Positions 62,405-64,000 of a stretch of 64,000 nucleotides of DNA are shown piece after piece. Location of the stretch: contig JAAILG010000618.1 of NCBI GenBank assembly GCA_012026655.1, forward strand, positions 1 to 64,000, written 5' to 3'. This DNA is from Hydrolagus affinis. Its lineage: Eukaryota. Each line of letters begins with the position of its first letter. Positions within the stretch are counted from its first letter, which is position 1. The position numbers were made by a program, and so were the translations under genes. The notes beneath the pieces are model-generated. The model was not told where the DNA came from and did no database searches. It worked only from the letters and a program-made list of their open reading frames with translations.

Positions 62405-62860
62405 AACAGCAGCTTGTGTCCTCTCCCACACCAGGCTCCATGACCCAATCACCCCCACCCTCCCCTGGCACCACTTGCTTCCCATCTCCAGAGGATAGAG
62501 TTAAAATTCCTCATCCTCTCCACTGACAATTGTCAAGATGCCAAAGCGCTCCATGGCCTTGCTTCTTCCTACCTCTGCAACTTACTTTCTCCAAATCGAC
62601 CAGCTCCGCAGACTGGCCTGCTCTATGTCCCCTAACCAACATCGCCTTATTGTCCCCACAATTGGAACTCCATCCTCTATTCTTTTTGCCTTGCTCCTTC
62701 TTTTGCCTCCTTCAAAGCATATCTCAAAACCCTCGACCATGCCTTCAGGAAATCTTCCCCCACTCCACCCTCCCTGATCCGGACACCCAGTTCAGGTGCA
62801 AATTCCTGACTGTCAAGCTCCTTGGGACGTCCTCCTGACATGAAAATAATATTGTATTAT
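62405..62860 (+). mobile_element. Degenerate L2 3' fragment
   Basis: gcagcttgtgtcctctcccacaccagg...atcacccc...tggaactcc...ccttgggacgtcctcctgacatgaaa. Confidence 0.75.
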
Positions 62861-63745
62861 ATGATGGCTATTCACTGCCATACCTAGTGGGGGAAGTGAA
62901 CCTCAGATCCTTTATATGACTGATCCGTACTCTGAACTGTGAAATGTTATCTACGTACTTGAGTACATGCCCAGCTTGGCTTTTGCTCACATGGGACACT
63001 AAGTGCATATCTAGTTCTCCACACCATCATTGGATTGCAGCAGACTTGCTTGGTTTTGTCAGGAAAGAAGCAAAAGAGTCATTAAAGAAATAATAGGCTT
63101 ATAAAAACAATAAACACAGCACGGTAAATAATATCAACCACAATGCCAATGTAATCAGGACCAGGATCTATAACATAATAAGAATAATTTTTATTTGCTT
63201 TGTTGCCTTTCATTTAAAATACTTTCATGTCTCAGCACTTTCATGTCTCAAAGTGCTCCACAAAATAAAATTGATTGGAAATGAAATGAATTCTTTAAGC
63301 AAACATGGTTTGAATCAGTGTCAGCAATGCCTCAACGGACAATGAGATGAGTTGCGGATTCATTTGAATTTGGTGATAAATTTTGATGAGGAAGGAAGAT
63401 AAGAGAGGGTAACTAGATGCAAAACGCTAGACCTGTTATGTCCTGTCACATACATGAAACAACCACTAGACTCACTTGAAAGCCTTTTATTCTGACCACT
63501 GACATTCTGCATAATCAGCTTTCGAAGCCAGATCACATGCATAAATGAATTATGCATTCTACTTCACATTAGCGTTCCTGTACCACTTTGACTCTCAGCA
63601 GGCAGTTAATTCCTCTCACTTTTATCTGTGATTTTACAATTAGGAATTAAATGCTTATTGACAGAATCACAGATATCATTCCTCGTGGATTTTGAAAACC
63701 AATAGAGTCAACAGCACATTACCCTCCCCTATTTTTAATAATATA

Positions 63746-63858
63746 TAATAATAATAATCCTTGCATTTGATATAGCGCTTTTCACATCTTATCAACGTAC
63801 CAAAGTGCTTCACAGAATATACTGTAAGGTGAATTGACTGTATATTTGTGGGCGAATC
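63746..63858 (-). mobile_element. SINE2-type 3' fragment
   Basis: (aat)n ccttgcatttgatatagcgcttttcacatcttatc...gaattgactgtatatttgtgggcgaa. Confidence 0.8.
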
Positions 63859-64000
63859 ATCACCCAATAAATTTCCTTATCAGAGATTCCATCATTAATT
63901 TAAAAAATGTATTTAATTTTCAAGGTTATTTCAGCAACAAGATGATGGCTGGATATTGAGTCTTAGAAAGTGTTTATAGAACTAAACTTCAAAATAAACA

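Overview
AT-rich, repeat-dense vertebrate DNA, most likely from a cartilaginous fish. The SINE, CR1, L2 and Penelope repertoire resembles that of a chimaera such as Callorhinchus; this is an inference. Only one credible host coding exon was found: a + strand terminal exon at 24556-24729 (LYTKLKCDDSPLLDHTEQLLAELGG...ESSDEEEMEQ*), which matches from memory the C-terminus of the vertebrate ACL4-like TPR protein ('probable assembly chaperone of Rpl4'). Bases 1-24555 are therefore probably its last intron, and the sequence after ~26 kb is probably intergenic. The rest is a mosaic of Deu-domain and younger tRNA-derived SINEs, L2 and CR1 LINE fragments, several MITEs with clear TIRs and TSDs, a heavily decayed Gypsy-type LTR element, a Harbinger transposase relic, an unassigned non-LTR family and repeat-free blocks that may be enhancers. 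The most unusual structures are (i) a Penelope-type fold-back hairpin with a 14-bp TSD, inside a 3.6-kb cluster of local inverted and direct duplications with stuttered junctions (50.5-54.1 kb), and (ii) a CpG-rich hAT MITE carrying an 18-bp minisatellite (27590-28224). I see no firm evidence of a new multi-gene system. Nearly all ORFs in the supplied track are spurious or transposon-derived. Family assignments come from recalled motifs, not database searches, and most repeat boundaries are approximate.
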